A DNA stretch of 63,639 nt, counting the filler, from Octopus bimaculoides (lineage: Eukaryota), in assembly GCF_001194135.2 (NCBI RefSeq). It is 9 parts of 8 records of this genome, joined end to end, with 100 filler letters (N's around TTAATTAATTAA, not from the genome) between each part and the next. Parts side by side here need not be neighbours in the genome. Positions count along the whole stretch, not along the records: positions 1 to 16,086 come from NC_069006.1; positions 16,187 to 35,059 come from NC_068982.1; 7 more parts are not named here. One strand, 5' to 3'. This document shows positions 12,041-24,566 of this stretch, in pieces. The number at the start of each line of letters is the position of its first letter. Position 1 is the stretch's first letter. A model generated the notes under the pieces. That model saw only the letters and a program-made list of their open reading frames with translations. It had not been told where the DNA came from and did not search any database. The position numbers were made by a program, and so were the translations under genes.

Positions 12041-13680
12041 AGAGTTGGAAGGAAAGTAACATTATTCATAATATATATTCATGAGAACTTTTAATATCTC
12101 CCACCTCCCTTTTATATTTCAAGCCCTCATTATCCAGCACCCAAATCCCTGCTACCACCACCACCAATATTATCATTACCATCAACTACCTCTACCACCA
12201 CCGCTAGTGCCATCACCACCACCACTACCATCATCATCGCCATCAAATATATCCACCACCACCGCCCCCTACTACCAACACCATCACTCTCCATCTCGAC
12301 TCTCCCTTCCAGAGGATGAAAATGACAAAAATTAAGACAAAGAATAAACGCAAAATACGATAAATTTATGGGAGAGGGATATGGCTGAACAACACATTTA
12401 GTTTTTAAAGAAACGCAAACATTAGCTGCTTTCTTGCTGGTTATTTTCCTGTCTTTTGCCTATTTTTTTTTGTTATTTCATTCAGAGATTAACGTTGGTG
12501 CGGCGTTGGGATGAGGCGTATGGAGTAAGGTCAAATTTAATTTGACCCTTTGCCATCATTAACCAGCCAGCCGACCAGTCGACAGACCGTGCGATCGACC
12601 AGCCGACCGACCGACCGACCCACGGAACGACCACACCGCAACCAAATAGCAGGCTATCACGATTGAAACACTAACTCTGTCGACCGCCACCTATTTGCAC
12701 ATCACAGTATCCGGCAAGAAATCAACTTACCAACACCCATTCTCCAATCATTATTCATTCATCCACGTTCTACACGCATGTACACATGTTCACGTGCGAG
12801 TTGATAATGGCGGAAATTATAAGCGAGACAAACGATTACGAAAAACAGAAGTTTAAAAACGATAAACAAAAATAAATGAAATAATATTAACAACGAAAAT
12901 AGAAAAGAGAAAATAAACAAATGAATAAATCCTTTTTAAAAAATGCTCGTTTTATACAAACAACAAAACGAAGCTATACACACATACGTGTGTACGTGTG
13001 TACACGCATACATATACATGCGTGCACACAGGCGTGTGACTTAGAACAGGCAACAACAGTAACAAAAATCACAGCAACGGCAACAACAACATCAACAACA
13101 ACACCAGCACAGAAAGGTAAAAATAAAAGCAAGAAATGAAATAATGAAGTGATAACAACAACAACAACGATGCCGACGATGATGATGATGATAATGATAA
13201 TACAATTAATAATAATAATAACGATTATAACAACAATAATAATAATAATAATAATAGTGATAATAATAATGATAATGATGGTGGTGGTTGTAGTGGCGTT
13301 GGTAAACGACAGCAAAAACGACAATACAATTGAAGGAAAAAAACAACGAGAAAAATACATAATCAGTAAAATAAATAAATAAATAAAATCGGGCTTTTTA
13401 CAGTTTTTTTTTTTTTTAGAAACTAAAAAAAAAAACAAAAACAATCTGAACAAATGATATAAATGTTAGAAAATAAATCTGGTAGAATTCTAATGGTTAG
13501 TGGGATTGGAGGCAATTGTTTCTTCAGCGGTTCTTTCATTCACCACCCAATCTTGTCGCTCACGCTTTACTCGTTAAATCAACCAGCGCCATTATTTGAG
13601 ACAACCATCAAGCAATGAGTACGGAATGTCAGAGAAATCAGGCGGTTGTCGTCTGCCAGCCAATCAATTTCGATAAATGA

Positions 13681-13736
<56 letters not shown>

Positions 13737-13854
13737 GTATTATATATAAATACCTGTTTGTCTATGTCTGTATGTACATAAGTATGGGTATAGGTGCACA
13801 GAAAGAGAAAGGTAAATAGATAGATATATTGTATGTATGTGTATACATAGATAC

Positions 13855-14040
13855 ACACACCACTTTTTCCCCCTTTTCTATCTGTTTTCTTTCCGCATTC
13901 TTTTTTGTAGAAGAGCGGAGTCTCGAAGCATCAAAGACTCTTCCATTTCCAAAGGGTCAAACTAATACACATTGTGTGTCGTTTCCTCATCTCCCTCCAT
14001 ATTTTCGGGATTATTTTGTGCAATTTTGAACCTTCTCTCT
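13855..14040 (+). mobile_element. Short non-coding repeat family E (hammerhead-like), degenerate copy
   Basis: TTTT-TTGTAGA-A-GAGC-GGAG-TCTC-GAA-GCAT-C-AAAGA..CAAACTAATACA; homologous to copies at 36.5, 37.8 and 58.4 kb. Confidence 0.65.
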
Positions 14041-14048
14041 CCCTATAT

Positions 14049-14119
<71 letters not shown>

Positions 14120-14204
14120 GATAAATAGATAGATAGATAAATAGATAGATAGATAAATAGATAGATAGATAAATAGATAGATAGATAAATAGATAGATAG
14201 ATAA

Positions 14205-14275
<71 letters not shown>
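14049..14275. repeat. (AGAT)n tract with periodic AAAT variants (16-bp higher-order unit)
   Basis: AGATAGATAGATAAAT is repeated about 8 times inside pure (AGAT)n. Confidence 0.95.
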
Positions 14276-14276
<1 letters not shown>

Positions 14277-14565
14277 GCGCAGCTGTGCGGTAGAAAGTTT
14301 GCTTCACAACCACATGGTTCTAGGTTCAGCCCCACTACAAGACACCTTATGCAACTGTCTTCAACACTAGCTACGGGCCAACGTAACTAAGCCTTGTGAG
14401 TGGATTTGGTAGACGGAAACGTGACTTAGCGGTTCGGCAAAAGAGAGCGATAGAATGAGTAGCAGGTTTAGAAATATGTACTGAGGCTGATTCATTCGAC
14501 TATAAATTCTTTAAGGCGGTGCTCCAGCATGGCTGCAGTCTAATGACTGAAACGAATAAAAGATA
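14276..14565 (+). mobile_element. SINE family A/B, fused A+B copy lacking the internal microsatellite
   Basis: The A head (GGCGCAGCTGTGCGGTAG..GGTTCAGCCCCACT..GGATTTGGTAGACGGAAAC) joins directly to GTGACTTAGCGGTTCGGCAAAAG..GGCGGTGCTCCAGCATGGCTGCAGTC..GACTGAAAC. Confidence 0.8.
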
Positions 14566-15727
14566 TATATATATATATATATATATATATTTCTTTTAAT
14601 TGTTTCAGTCATTTGACCACGGCCATNNNNNNNNNNNNNNNNNNNNNNNNNNNNNNNNNNNNNNNNNNNNNNNNNNNNNNNNNNNNNNNNNNNNNNNNNN
14701 NNNNNNNNNNNNNNNNNNNNNNNNNNNNNNNNNNNNNNNNNNNNNNNNNNNNNNNNNNNNNNNNNNNNNNNNNNNNNNNNNNNNNNNNNNNNNNNNNNNN
14801 NNNNNNNNNNNNNNNNNNNNNNNNNNNNNNNNNNNNNNNNNNNNNNNNNNNNNNNNNNNNNNNNNNNNNNNNNNNNNNNNNNNNNNNNNNNNNNNNNNNN
14901 NNNNNNNNNNNNNNNNNNNNNNNNNNNNNNNNNNNNNNNNNNNNNNNNNNNNNNNNNNNNNNNNNNNNNNNNNNNNNNNNNNNNNNNNNNNNNNNNNNNN
15001 NNNNNNNNNNNNNNNNNNNNNNNNNNNNNNNNNNNNNNNNNNNNNNNNNNNNNNNNNNNNNNNNNNNNNNNNNNNNNNNNNNNNNNNNNNNNNNNNNNNN
15101 NNNNNNNNNNNNNNNNNNNNNNNNNNNNNNNNNNNNNNNNNNNNNNNNNNNNNNNNNNNNNNNNNNNNNNNNNNNNNNNNNNNNNNNNNNNNNNNNNNNN
15201 NNNNNNNNNNNNNNNNNNNNNNNNNNNNNNNNNNNNNNNNNNNNNNNNNNNNNNNNNNNNNNNNNNNNNNNNNNNNNNNNNNNNNNNNNNNNNNNNNNNN
15301 NNNNNNNNNNNNNNNNNNNNNNNNNNNNNNNNNNNNNNNNNNNNNNNNNNNNNNNNNNNNNNNNNNNNNNNNNNNNNNNNNNNNNNNNNNNNNNNNNNNN
15401 NNNNNNNNNNNNNNNNNNNNNNNNNNNNNNNNNNNNNNNNNNNNNNNNNNNNNNNNNNNNNNNNNNNNNNNNNNNNNNNNNNNNNNNNNNNNNNNNNNNN
15501 NNNNNNNNAAGAAGAAGAAGAAGAAGAAGAAGAAGAAGAAGAAGAAGAAGAAGAAGAAGAAGAAGAAGAAGAAGAAAAAGAAGATACAATGGGCAGAGTT
15601 GCATATAGCAAAACGGTTTATTTAGTCGTATGCTGGTGGTGGGTTAGCCATTACAGGCAGAACCATTGCTACCGAAATTCATCTGATCTAAGTTGTATTT
15701 GACCACCCAACGGAAATTTTGAGGGAG

Positions 15728-15899
15728 GGGTTAAGTCGATTACATCGACCCCAGTACTCCACTGGTATTTAATTAATCAACCACGAAAGGGATGACAAGC
15801 AAAGTCAACCTCAGCGGAATTTGAACTCAGAACGTAAAGACAGGCGAAATGCCGCTAAGCATTTCGCCCGACGTGCTAACGAGTCTGCCAGCTCGCCGC
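15728..15899 (-). mobile_element. SINE family C
   Basis: Reverse-complement match to the family C head and central domain. Confidence 0.85.
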
Positions 15900-15919
15900 T
15901 TTTCCTGGCTAGTTTAGAG

Positions 15920-16070
15920 GAATTTCGTCTTAACGTTCTGAGTTCAAATTCCGCTGAGGTCAACTTTGCCTTTCGTCCTTCCAGGGTCGATAAATTAAGT
16001 ACTAGTGAAACATTGCATCGTCTACTGTCCTTTACTGGTACTTATTTTATCGACCTTGGCGGTATGATTA
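15920..16070 (+). mobile_element. SINE family C, 5'-truncated, head-to-head with the previous copy
   Basis: ACGTTCTGAGTTCAAATTCCGCTGAGGTCAACTTTGCCTTTCGTCCTTCCAGGGTCGATAAATTAAGTAC. Confidence 0.8.
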
Positions 16071-16086
16071 TCATTGTTATTGTTAC

Positions 16087-16186
16087 NNNNNNNNNNNNNN
16101 NNNNNNNNNNNNNNNNNNNNNNNNNNNNNNTTAATTAATTAANNNNNNNNNNNNNNNNNNNNNNNNNNNNNNNNNNNNNNNNNNNN
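16087..16186. other. Synthetic assembly spacer N44-TTAATTAATTAA-N44 (100 bp)
   Basis: The identical 12-mer is flanked by N runs at 16131, 35104, 37352, 39891, 48088, 59064, 60231 and 61870. At 16087-16186 the block is 44+12+44 = 100 bp. The 12-mer contains TAA stops in all six frames. Confidence 0.95.
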
Positions 16187-16191
16187 ATATA

Positions 16192-16226
<35 letters not shown>

Positions 16227-16314
16227 GCATATATATATACACATATATATACATATATATACATATATACATACACACACATATGTACACATATAAGATA
16301 TCTTTTTTATCTTT

Positions 16315-16630
16315 TTATCTTGTTTCAGTAATCAGACTGGTCGAAAGAACCGACCCCAGTGCATCTTTTTTGTTTTTTGTTCTTTTTGTTTTTTTAAAGC
16401 ATGATACTTATTCCATCGGTCTCTTTTGCTGAAGTGCTAAGTTACGGGTGACGTAAGCACACCAACGCCGGTGTCAAGCGGTGGGGAATGACAAAAACTG
16501 ACATAAAACACACACACGCACACACACATATATATATGGCATAGCTCAAATCTATGGTGAAAGATACTTGCCCAAGGTGTCACGCAATGGGACTGAACTG
16601 GGAACTATGTGGCTGGAAAGCAAGCTAACA
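16315..16630 (-). mobile_element. SINE family A/B, diverged and partial
   Basis: B module at about 16315-16510 and A head at about 16535-16630 on the minus strand, separated by a CA/TA microsatellite. Confidence 0.7.
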
Positions 16631-16979
16631 AATACATACATACATACATACATACATACATACATACATACATACATACATGCATACATACATACATACA
16701 TACATACACGCCCTCTCGCTAGCACGCGCATAATCATTTTCTAGGGTTTTTCTTTTATTATGTCCCAATAATCTGTCCTCCACGTTTCTAAACTTTCATC
16801 GTCACGTATTGAATGATGAAATTAGGTTGCTGTGCACGTTTGGAAAGTTCACCGTCATCAATGCACGCTTTTTTTTTACTTAAATAGTTTCTAACTAGTG
16901 NNNNNNNNNNNNNNNNNNNNNNNNNNNNNNNNNNNNNNNNNNNNNNNNNNNNNNNNNNNNNNNNNNNNNNNNNNNNNNN

Positions 16980-17332
16980 CGGACTCGCGGTCATAGGATC
17001 GCGGTTTCGATTCCCAGACCGGGCGCTGTGAGTGTTTATTGAGCGAAAACACCTAAAAGCTCCACGAGGCTCCGGCAGGAAATGGTGGCGAACCCTGCTG
17101 TACTCCTTCACCACAACTTTCTCTTTCTTTCCGTTTCTGTTGTGCCTGTATTTCAAAGGGCCAGCTTTGTCACACTGTGTCACGCTGAATATCCCCGAGA
17201 ACTACGTTAAGGGAACACGTGTCTGTGGAATGCTCAGCTACTTGCACGTTAATTTCACGAGCAGGCTGTTCCGTTGATCGGATCAACTGGAACCCTCGAT
17301 GTCGTAAGCGACGGAGTGCCAACAACACAACA
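16980..17332 (+). mobile_element. SINE family D (tRNA-derived, CAA tail); 5' end lies in the gap
   Basis: GGACTCGCGGTCATAGGATCGCGGTTTCGATTCCCAGACC..GGATCAACTGGAACCCTCGATGTCGTAAGCGACGGAGTGCCAACAAC; highly similar to the copies at 20753 and 26233. Confidence 0.9.
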
Positions 17333-17619
17333 ACAGTTTCTATTAATGGTGAGATACTATGGATATATTTTTCTCGGTAAACTTTCTTCGCGGTGAACTT
17401 TCTTTACGGTTAATTGATGGCGGTGAACTTACCTGTAATCGTTGGTGTGTGTTGCTGATTCTGCACAAGGTGGCTGGGGTAATGACTACTGAGACATTAA
17501 CGTCGGAATTTGTGGCAGATTTTCTAATACTTCGCTTTTGTGTTGATGCTTTTATGCATTTAATTTAGTATTGAGTTGTGGTATAAGCTTTATTTATACT
17601 ATTAAACACTCTTATACTA

Positions 17620-17750
17620 CCGACGTTGACTTTGCCTTTCACCCTTAGGGGTCGATAAAACAAAGTACCAGTCAGATACTGACGTCAATGTAATCGAATA
17701 GCCCCTCCCGCCAAATTTCAGGCATTGTGCGTACAATGAATAGAAAAAGT
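17620..17750 (+). mobile_element. SINE family C, 3' part with tail type ii
   Basis: TTGACTTTGCCTTTCACCCTTAGGGGTCGATAAA..CCCCTCCCGCCAAATTTCAGGCATTGTGC. Confidence 0.7.
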
Positions 17751-20344
17751 TATTAAACAAACTTGTTTCAGAGAATTCAATAGCAATTAGCTATGCTGTC
17801 CACTAATATTTTCCTATGTAATTCGTATGGTATATTGCATCACCCTTTTCTGTAAGTGCTTGGTAACGTGATGGTAGTGTATTATACTTATACTGCATGT
17901 CTAACAGTTAGGGTCGTGCAGTTTACTGTTTTTATGTTTGCTATCGAATTTATAAATTACATTGGCCATTTGAAGCTTGTTCGCTGAGTATTTATATATT
18001 GTCACGCGTTACTAGTAGCTTTTATCTGATTTCCTACAAAAATTTTGATTTTAATAAATTTTAGTCCCCTATTGTTTTAATTTATGGTTAAATGCAATTC
18101 ATTAAACCGCTTTACGTGCGGTTTAATGTATAAATATGATGTCTGACGTGTTTGTTGTTCTATATTTGTGTTTGCATTGTTCAATGGCTTAGTCTGTTTG
18201 TTACACTAACCCTTATTCATTAGTGTTTGTTTATTCAGTAAGTTTCTTCAACTATTATTTTGTTGAGAAATATCAAAACGCTTTGTTTGTTGAGAAATAT
18301 CTAAATGCTTTACTAAGTTGTGATTTTAGAACTGAGATTTTTTGTCAACGTGAACACGTACTGTCTCCATGTAAGAATATGAATTTATTTGAAAAGAAAA
18401 TTGTCACCTGTTTTAACACCACCATCAGATTCTTGGGCGCCTTTAACAGAGTTCACTCTCTTGTCAACATTCGAGCCAGGTCTCCGACTTGAAGACAGCC
18501 TCTTCCCTCACTCAATCCGCCCCACCAGACTCTGAGACTCTGTAAAAGGCCCGACTAAAAGATTTTAAAACTGTCTAGAAATGGATTGTTGTACTGCTAA
18601 GAGTTTCATTTGTACTTTTCTGAAGTTTAAATTTTAGTACGGAGTTGTTTTCTAAACTTTTTAAAAGCTCAGTGTTTTCTTATGTAACCATCACTTTTAC
18701 AAGTATCTCGTCCTCGGACACAGTGTATATCTTCTGTTTATGTGTTATTACAACCTTATTTTCTATTGAGACTACATAGTGTCTGTCGCAAATGCAGGTC
18801 CTATAGGAAAACCTGCGGTCTCCCTATATGTCTTACTCATATATTTTGGCTTGTGAACTTCTGCTGTGCAGAATACCAATTACTTCTTCTGTATGTTAGC
18901 TGCTATTTTGAGTCAGTTTGTTTTTCGTCATGTGTACATTATTTCATATGGGTTTTTATTGCTTCTAACACTAGGCTATGGATAACAGATTTTTGTATAT
19001 CTAACATGGAAAGATTGCTCACTTTGTCAGTTTCTTTTAAAGTCTCTAGAAACACGACGTGTGACTGTATTCTTTTTGTCACCGGAGTGTGATTGTTGTT
19101 ATCTAGTTGTTTGTATCTTCGAGTATTTTCTGGAGAATAATGAGTCTGAAAGGTTTGTGGATTTTTACTGTTTCATAGATGTGTGTTTATTTGAATTATC
19201 TTTGGAATGGATCGGCAGAGGCAACGAGGGACACTTTTTGTGCATTTATCGCTACAATTAGCTTATTTGTTTTAACTTTTAATTGGATGGCATTGTCTTT
19301 CGGACTCGTCATAAATATATTTTTGTTGTTGAGTAAATTGTCAGTAGTTTGCTATGTATTTTTTTTATCTATCATTACAAGCATATCGGAAAATCGTTCT
19401 TATACATTATGATGTCATTTTTATTCTGTATCAGACAAAACACAAGTTCTGTGTTGAGTATTTGTTTATCATTATGTTGATACCTATTTTTATTATTTTC
19501 ACCGAGAGATAAGTCCTGAAGTTTATAGTCTACATTTTATAAAAGATTTATCGTTGAGTTTCTCTCGGGTTTGCAAAAATAGTTTTATTTTAACATTTTT
19601 AAAGGACATTAACCAAGTCATAGTTCGTGCGACGAAACTTTTGACACTAAATTACAAATAATGAATGTTTAAGTGAAGTTAACAGTCTTTGTAAGTTTTT
19701 GACAGGGTAATATGTGCCATTCACGCTGCAGTCTTTAAAAAAGTCTTTTTTCTAACAATCGTATTGCAGTAATTCCAGTTTCCCCCACTTTACTCTGTCT
19801 TACCCACTCTCTTTCTCTTCTCTCCTCTCTCTCTTCCTCTTTCTCTTGGTTGTCAGCAGTTTCAATAAAAGTGTATTTGTGTCGGATCTGCAAATGAAAA
19901 TATTCTATTTTGCTAGTCCAGAACGCGTATATAAAATTTATTCTAAATTTTTAACACAATTCTTTCTTACCTTCATTATACCCTCATTATGTTCATCGGG
20001 TCGACTGAAAGAGAAATGAAGTGAGGAAAAATAAAATAATACTTTTATAAGTACTGCATCAACTGGACAGAGGATATTTTCACAGGAAGAGGGAGTACTG
20101 CAACCCTAATATTTTCACGATCTGTCCACTTAAAATGTTATCCCACAAGAGCAGCTGATCCACAAAATTACACATAGCGGACAGTCAAGATGGAACGAAG
20201 TATCGAAGTTCGAAAGAAAACCTTTTAATTCATACAAAGTCCTGTAATTCATTTTAATTATGATTGTGGCGAGTATTCACTAAAATAACAGGCTTATAAA
20301 TGAATAGTTTATTTGATTTGTAGAGCGTTGATAAAATAGTTTTA

Positions 20345-20720
20345 CGTATATCATCATGTGATGCATCTCAATGTATCACCAGTGATATTTCCAGGGGTCG
20401 CTAGGTGTTTCGGTTGTTTCAATGTCAGACACCCTCATCCAGATGACCTTACTGAGATTGGTGAAGCCACAGCTTTTATTCATTTAGCATTATCTTTGGT
20501 AGTACTGTTTCTTCTGAGGCTCGCACCTACTGATCCACAGTCTCTTTGAAGCAACCCCTGCTGTTTCCACAGCCAAACTTGATGGGTTTCCGCCTACTGC
20601 TCCCCTGTCATGCCAAGCATACTTCAGTTCTGTAGAGCTACTGACCTACAAACCCTCTACATCCTACCTCGATGAGATCACACGTTGCTTGCCATTCCAT
20701 TTAACAAATTTCTCTTGTGC
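20345..20720 (-). mobile_element. Second HERO-like RLE non-LTR 3' fragment
   Basis: The minus strand gives IEVGCRGFVGQ*LYR..RRKPIK/LAVETAGVASKRLWISR, then a 3' UTR GGGTGTCTGAC..CCGAAACACC..GACCCC. Confidence 0.75.
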
Positions 20721-20752
20721 ATATCTTTTTGTCTTTAGTAACTAACTTATCT

Positions 20753-21054
20753 GTGGAGGCGCAATGACCCAGTGGTTAGGGCAGCGGACTCGCGGTCATA
20801 GGATCGCGGTTTCGATTCCCAGACCGGGCGTTGTGAGTGTTTATTGAACGAAAACACCTAAAGCTCCACGAGGCTCCGGCAGGGGTTGGTGGCGAACCCT
20901 GCTGTACTCTTTCACCACAACTTTCTCTCACTCTTACTTCATGTTTCTGTTGTGCCTGTTGTGCTCAGCCACTTGCACGTTAATTTCACGAGCAGGCTGT
21001 TCCGTTGATCGGATCAACTGGAACCCTCGTCGTCGTAAGCGACGGAGTGCCAAC
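20753..21054 (+). mobile_element. SINE family D with internal deletion and 13-bp TSD
   Basis: TSD AACTAACTTATCT at 20740-20752 and 21055-21067. Intact tRNA-like head GGAGGCGCAATGACCCAGTGGTTAGGGC..GGTTTCGATTCCC. About 95 bp are missing relative to the 26233 copy. Confidence 0.92.
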
Positions 21055-23537
21055 AACTAACTTATCTAAACCCATAACATGGTGCTTCAATTTTACCAGC
21101 TCCATGGCACTTTCACATAGTTCTCCAAATATAAATATATATATGAATGGAAGGTTAGCCATACAAAAGAAGGAAAGAAGGGAGAGGGAGAGAAAGAAAA
21201 AGAGCATCTATTTCTATTTTGTCATAAGCCTCGCACAAGATCACACGCTCATTAGATAAAAGATTATTCAGGTTTCTATGGCCTGTATTCGACTGAGTTT
21301 GCAATACTCCTGCTTTTACTGTTATACATTTTCAATAGAATAGACTAGAGGAATGTGAAATGAAATAGTTCCTTGCATCGGAATTGAAACTAGGATCTTA
21401 TGAAAGTGAGTTTAGCACCCTAACCTCTTGGCTACGTGCCTTCCACAAGACTGCTTCAATTATAGTTTTTACTCCTCAATTATACTTGTCTCTCCCTGGA
21501 GCAACTTAAATCATATTTTTTCACTATAACATAGATGAAATGTTTATAATCATCGTAACATACAGTGTTGGCTAAAAATCTGTAGATATGTTTCATTAAA
21601 CATTAGAGTAACGAAACGAAGCACACCAGTAGTTTAATTTTCTATAAAAGGTGTTTCAGCAATTCTTTTCATAATATGTGGCTTATATCAAATGATTTTG
21701 ATTAAGATAGCTTAAATTATATATTATTATCTTTATGTGACATACTTAACGCATGTATATCGTCGAAAGTCTGAGGTTGCAGTGTTGTTCTCAGAAAAGA
21801 CTCCTTCATTACACGCAATGTGTAAAAAAAACAATATACTGCAGATCTAGATGAAATGAAATTAATCCAAAAGACGACTACGGGAGTGACAGCTGCACAT
21901 TTCACCGTTTTTGCCGCTTGCCAGTGCCACACATTCTGCTCACCTCCATCGAAAAGTTGTTTCGATCAGTCTGAAGTATGTAGAAGAAGTGAATAAACAA
22001 TCTGACTGAATAAAATCCAAATATGTAACAGGAGCTACTCTAGATTAAAATATTTATCTATAAGACATACTTAACTTATGTATATTGTTGAAAATTCTGA
22101 AGGTGCATTATTGCTCACGAAAGGGATCCCTTTATAGACGAAGTGTATTAAAAAAAGTGTATTAAAAAAGCGTCAAATATATTGACGCATGTCACCCGCG
22201 CAGTCACTTCCGAAACGATTTCGTTTCGTCTAGTCCTGAAGTATATTTGTTTTTAACAGACTTTGTCAATAAAGAGTTAAGGTGTCTTTTCCGAGACGAC
22301 CACTTGCAGACTCAGACTTGTCAACGATATACATAGGTTAAGTATGTCATATAGACACTGATTTTAATCGGGAGCTATTTCTATTACATAACTTGAATAT
22401 TTTATTATATTTAAACAGCCCATGTTTTGTATATTTTTCCTTGTTCTCGCAGCTACGTCTATCTTTAGAGATCGTGTTTATGTGATTATGATGGTGCACA
22501 TACCCCTACCAGTGACTGGCATCAGTTAAAAATATGTAGTTTTCTAGTTGTGCTTTAAATAGAGACAAACAAAGAAAGAATTCTAAAGAGAAATAAGAAC
22601 CATATACATCATATATCATGTGGATGTGAATTATTAGTTTACAAGTCGTGTTTTAAATGTAGGCAAATCGAGAAAGAGTTAATACTGTGTAGTTTAGTGA
22701 AGGAAAAGTAGATGACACTTGAGATAACACTGTCACTAATTTTCTGATTTAAAATCATTATCTGTCCAAACTCAACTTCTTTTCAATAGCTCTCTCCCAC
22801 TACCACCAGCAGCTATTCTTCTCCAACACTTTTTTTTTAATCTCCTTCTCCAATTTTATCACTGCATTCTAAAGATGAATGTTTTTTTTTGTTTTTCATT
22901 TATTTATTTATTTATTTATTGCTGAATATTTTTTTAAAGCCAATCCTAGTTTTGTATACGTATACTTAAATATGAATGTGTGTGTGTGTTTCACTGAAAT
23001 ATTTTATAGGTCTAGCATACCAAACACCACGACAAAATGTAAGCAAATACACTACATATCTAGTGTACAACGTTATGTATACGTATATACAACCATATAT
23101 TCACATACATGTATATATATACGCACGCACATCTCTATATATACTTACATATTTGTATATGTGTAGGTGCATATATGTATGTAAGGCTATAGGTGTGGAG
23201 ATGCTGTTGCATGGAGGTAGTGTATCCACAGGCTGGTGTGAATGTATATGTATATATATATATGTATATATAAACGTACATATGTATTTGTATATACATA
23301 TGCATGTGTGTGTAATTATATGTAAGCATATATCATATGAACAATGTGGGGAACAGACATATGTCACATGAACAATGTGGAGAACAGAAAACGTTAAATG
23401 AACGTTGCAGCAAGAATCGCACCGCGAGTTCCGCTCACAAATGTTAAGTAAAAATCATTGTTACCCACTGTATCTTAAATGAAGCCATAATTAAAGAGGC
23501 TTTGCTGGTCAAGATGGATAATCGATACATCGTTTCC

Positions 23538-24480
23538 TACAATGCTTGGTTACTTAAAAATACGAAGCCCACATCAATAACGAATGGGGAACATCTATCG
23601 AGGTTGTCATAGATCTGTATAAATACATATTCAAACATGCAGACCATTGTATCATTTCGGCAGAAAAAAGACAAGAAGGGATTCATCATAATATCAAGGA
23701 TGCAAAACAGCAACTTGAGATCATAAACTATCATGTCTAGAATAGGCACAAGGACGGAAATTGAGAAGCGGTGGGGTTTGGATCCATCGACCTTAGTGCT
23801 CAACTGATACTTACTTTTTCGACCCAGAAACAAATGAAAAGCAAAGTCGACCTCGGCAGAATTTTAGATCAAAACGTAAAAAGGGAGAAAATGTGACTAA
23901 GCATTAACTTAACAGAAATATGGTTGCACTGAGAAATGCAGATATGATGATAGGAGGAAATCACATGTACATTATCCCACGAAATATTTGAATTCTCAAG
24001 AGACAACCGATCTACGCCATCGGATCAAAATAAAAATAGGAACATCAATAATGCTTCTCCGGAAATTTAACCAGAGACATGGCCACTGCAATAGTACTCG
24101 TACTTGCACACGGTCCTTTCTTAACTCTACTGACCACTGATTCATACCTAATTTAACACTGGAGGGGTTGTGATGATCCCCGGATTTCCCTTCAGCTATC
24201 TGATAGTAATGTGACATTTGCACGGAAAAGATTGCGATTTCCTGTAAGGACTACTTTTGTTATGTTGACAAATAAGAGTCGAAAAACGTTTTAAATGGTT
24301 CAGATTGTAGTCCTAACCTCAGTATTGATACGCGGCGAGTGTCTGTTGCTATCAGTAGGAAAGCAGGAACATGTTTGGTTGGAGTGATGCCACCACTCTC
24401 TTATCTCGGAAGGAAAAGCTGTCCCACAGGTCCACTTGCATCTCCCAGTCTGATACTGAACGCAAAATAGAAGACGGGTC
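23538..24480 (+). mobile_element. Fragmented Helitron Rep/helicase relic, interrupted by a family C SINE piece (~23765-23905, minus strand)
   Basis: YNAWLLK/YEAHINNEWGTSIEVVIDLYKYIFKHAD resembles the Helitron Rep motif YxAHINVE..KYxxKY. YPTKYLNSQETTDLRHRIKIKIGTSIMLLRKFNQRHGHCNSTR resembles the Pif1-like YPxEFLNS..LPPHxLxLKxGxPIMLLRNL..GLCNGTR. An ATTLLS..H segment lies further right. Confidence 0.75.
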
Positions 24481-24517
24481 CCCTACCATTGATATCCTTC
24501 AGTATATAAATATTATA

Positions 24518-24566
<49 letters not shown>

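Noticed and set aside
16980-17020. tRNA genes
   Set aside because: All tRNA-like A/B-box segments continue into SINE bodies and do not form full cloverleaves.
21944-21970. 27-nt minus-strand micro-exon candidate (TDRNNFSME)
   Set aside because: The splice signals are good, but no partner exons or homology were found; kept only as part of the promoter-like finding.
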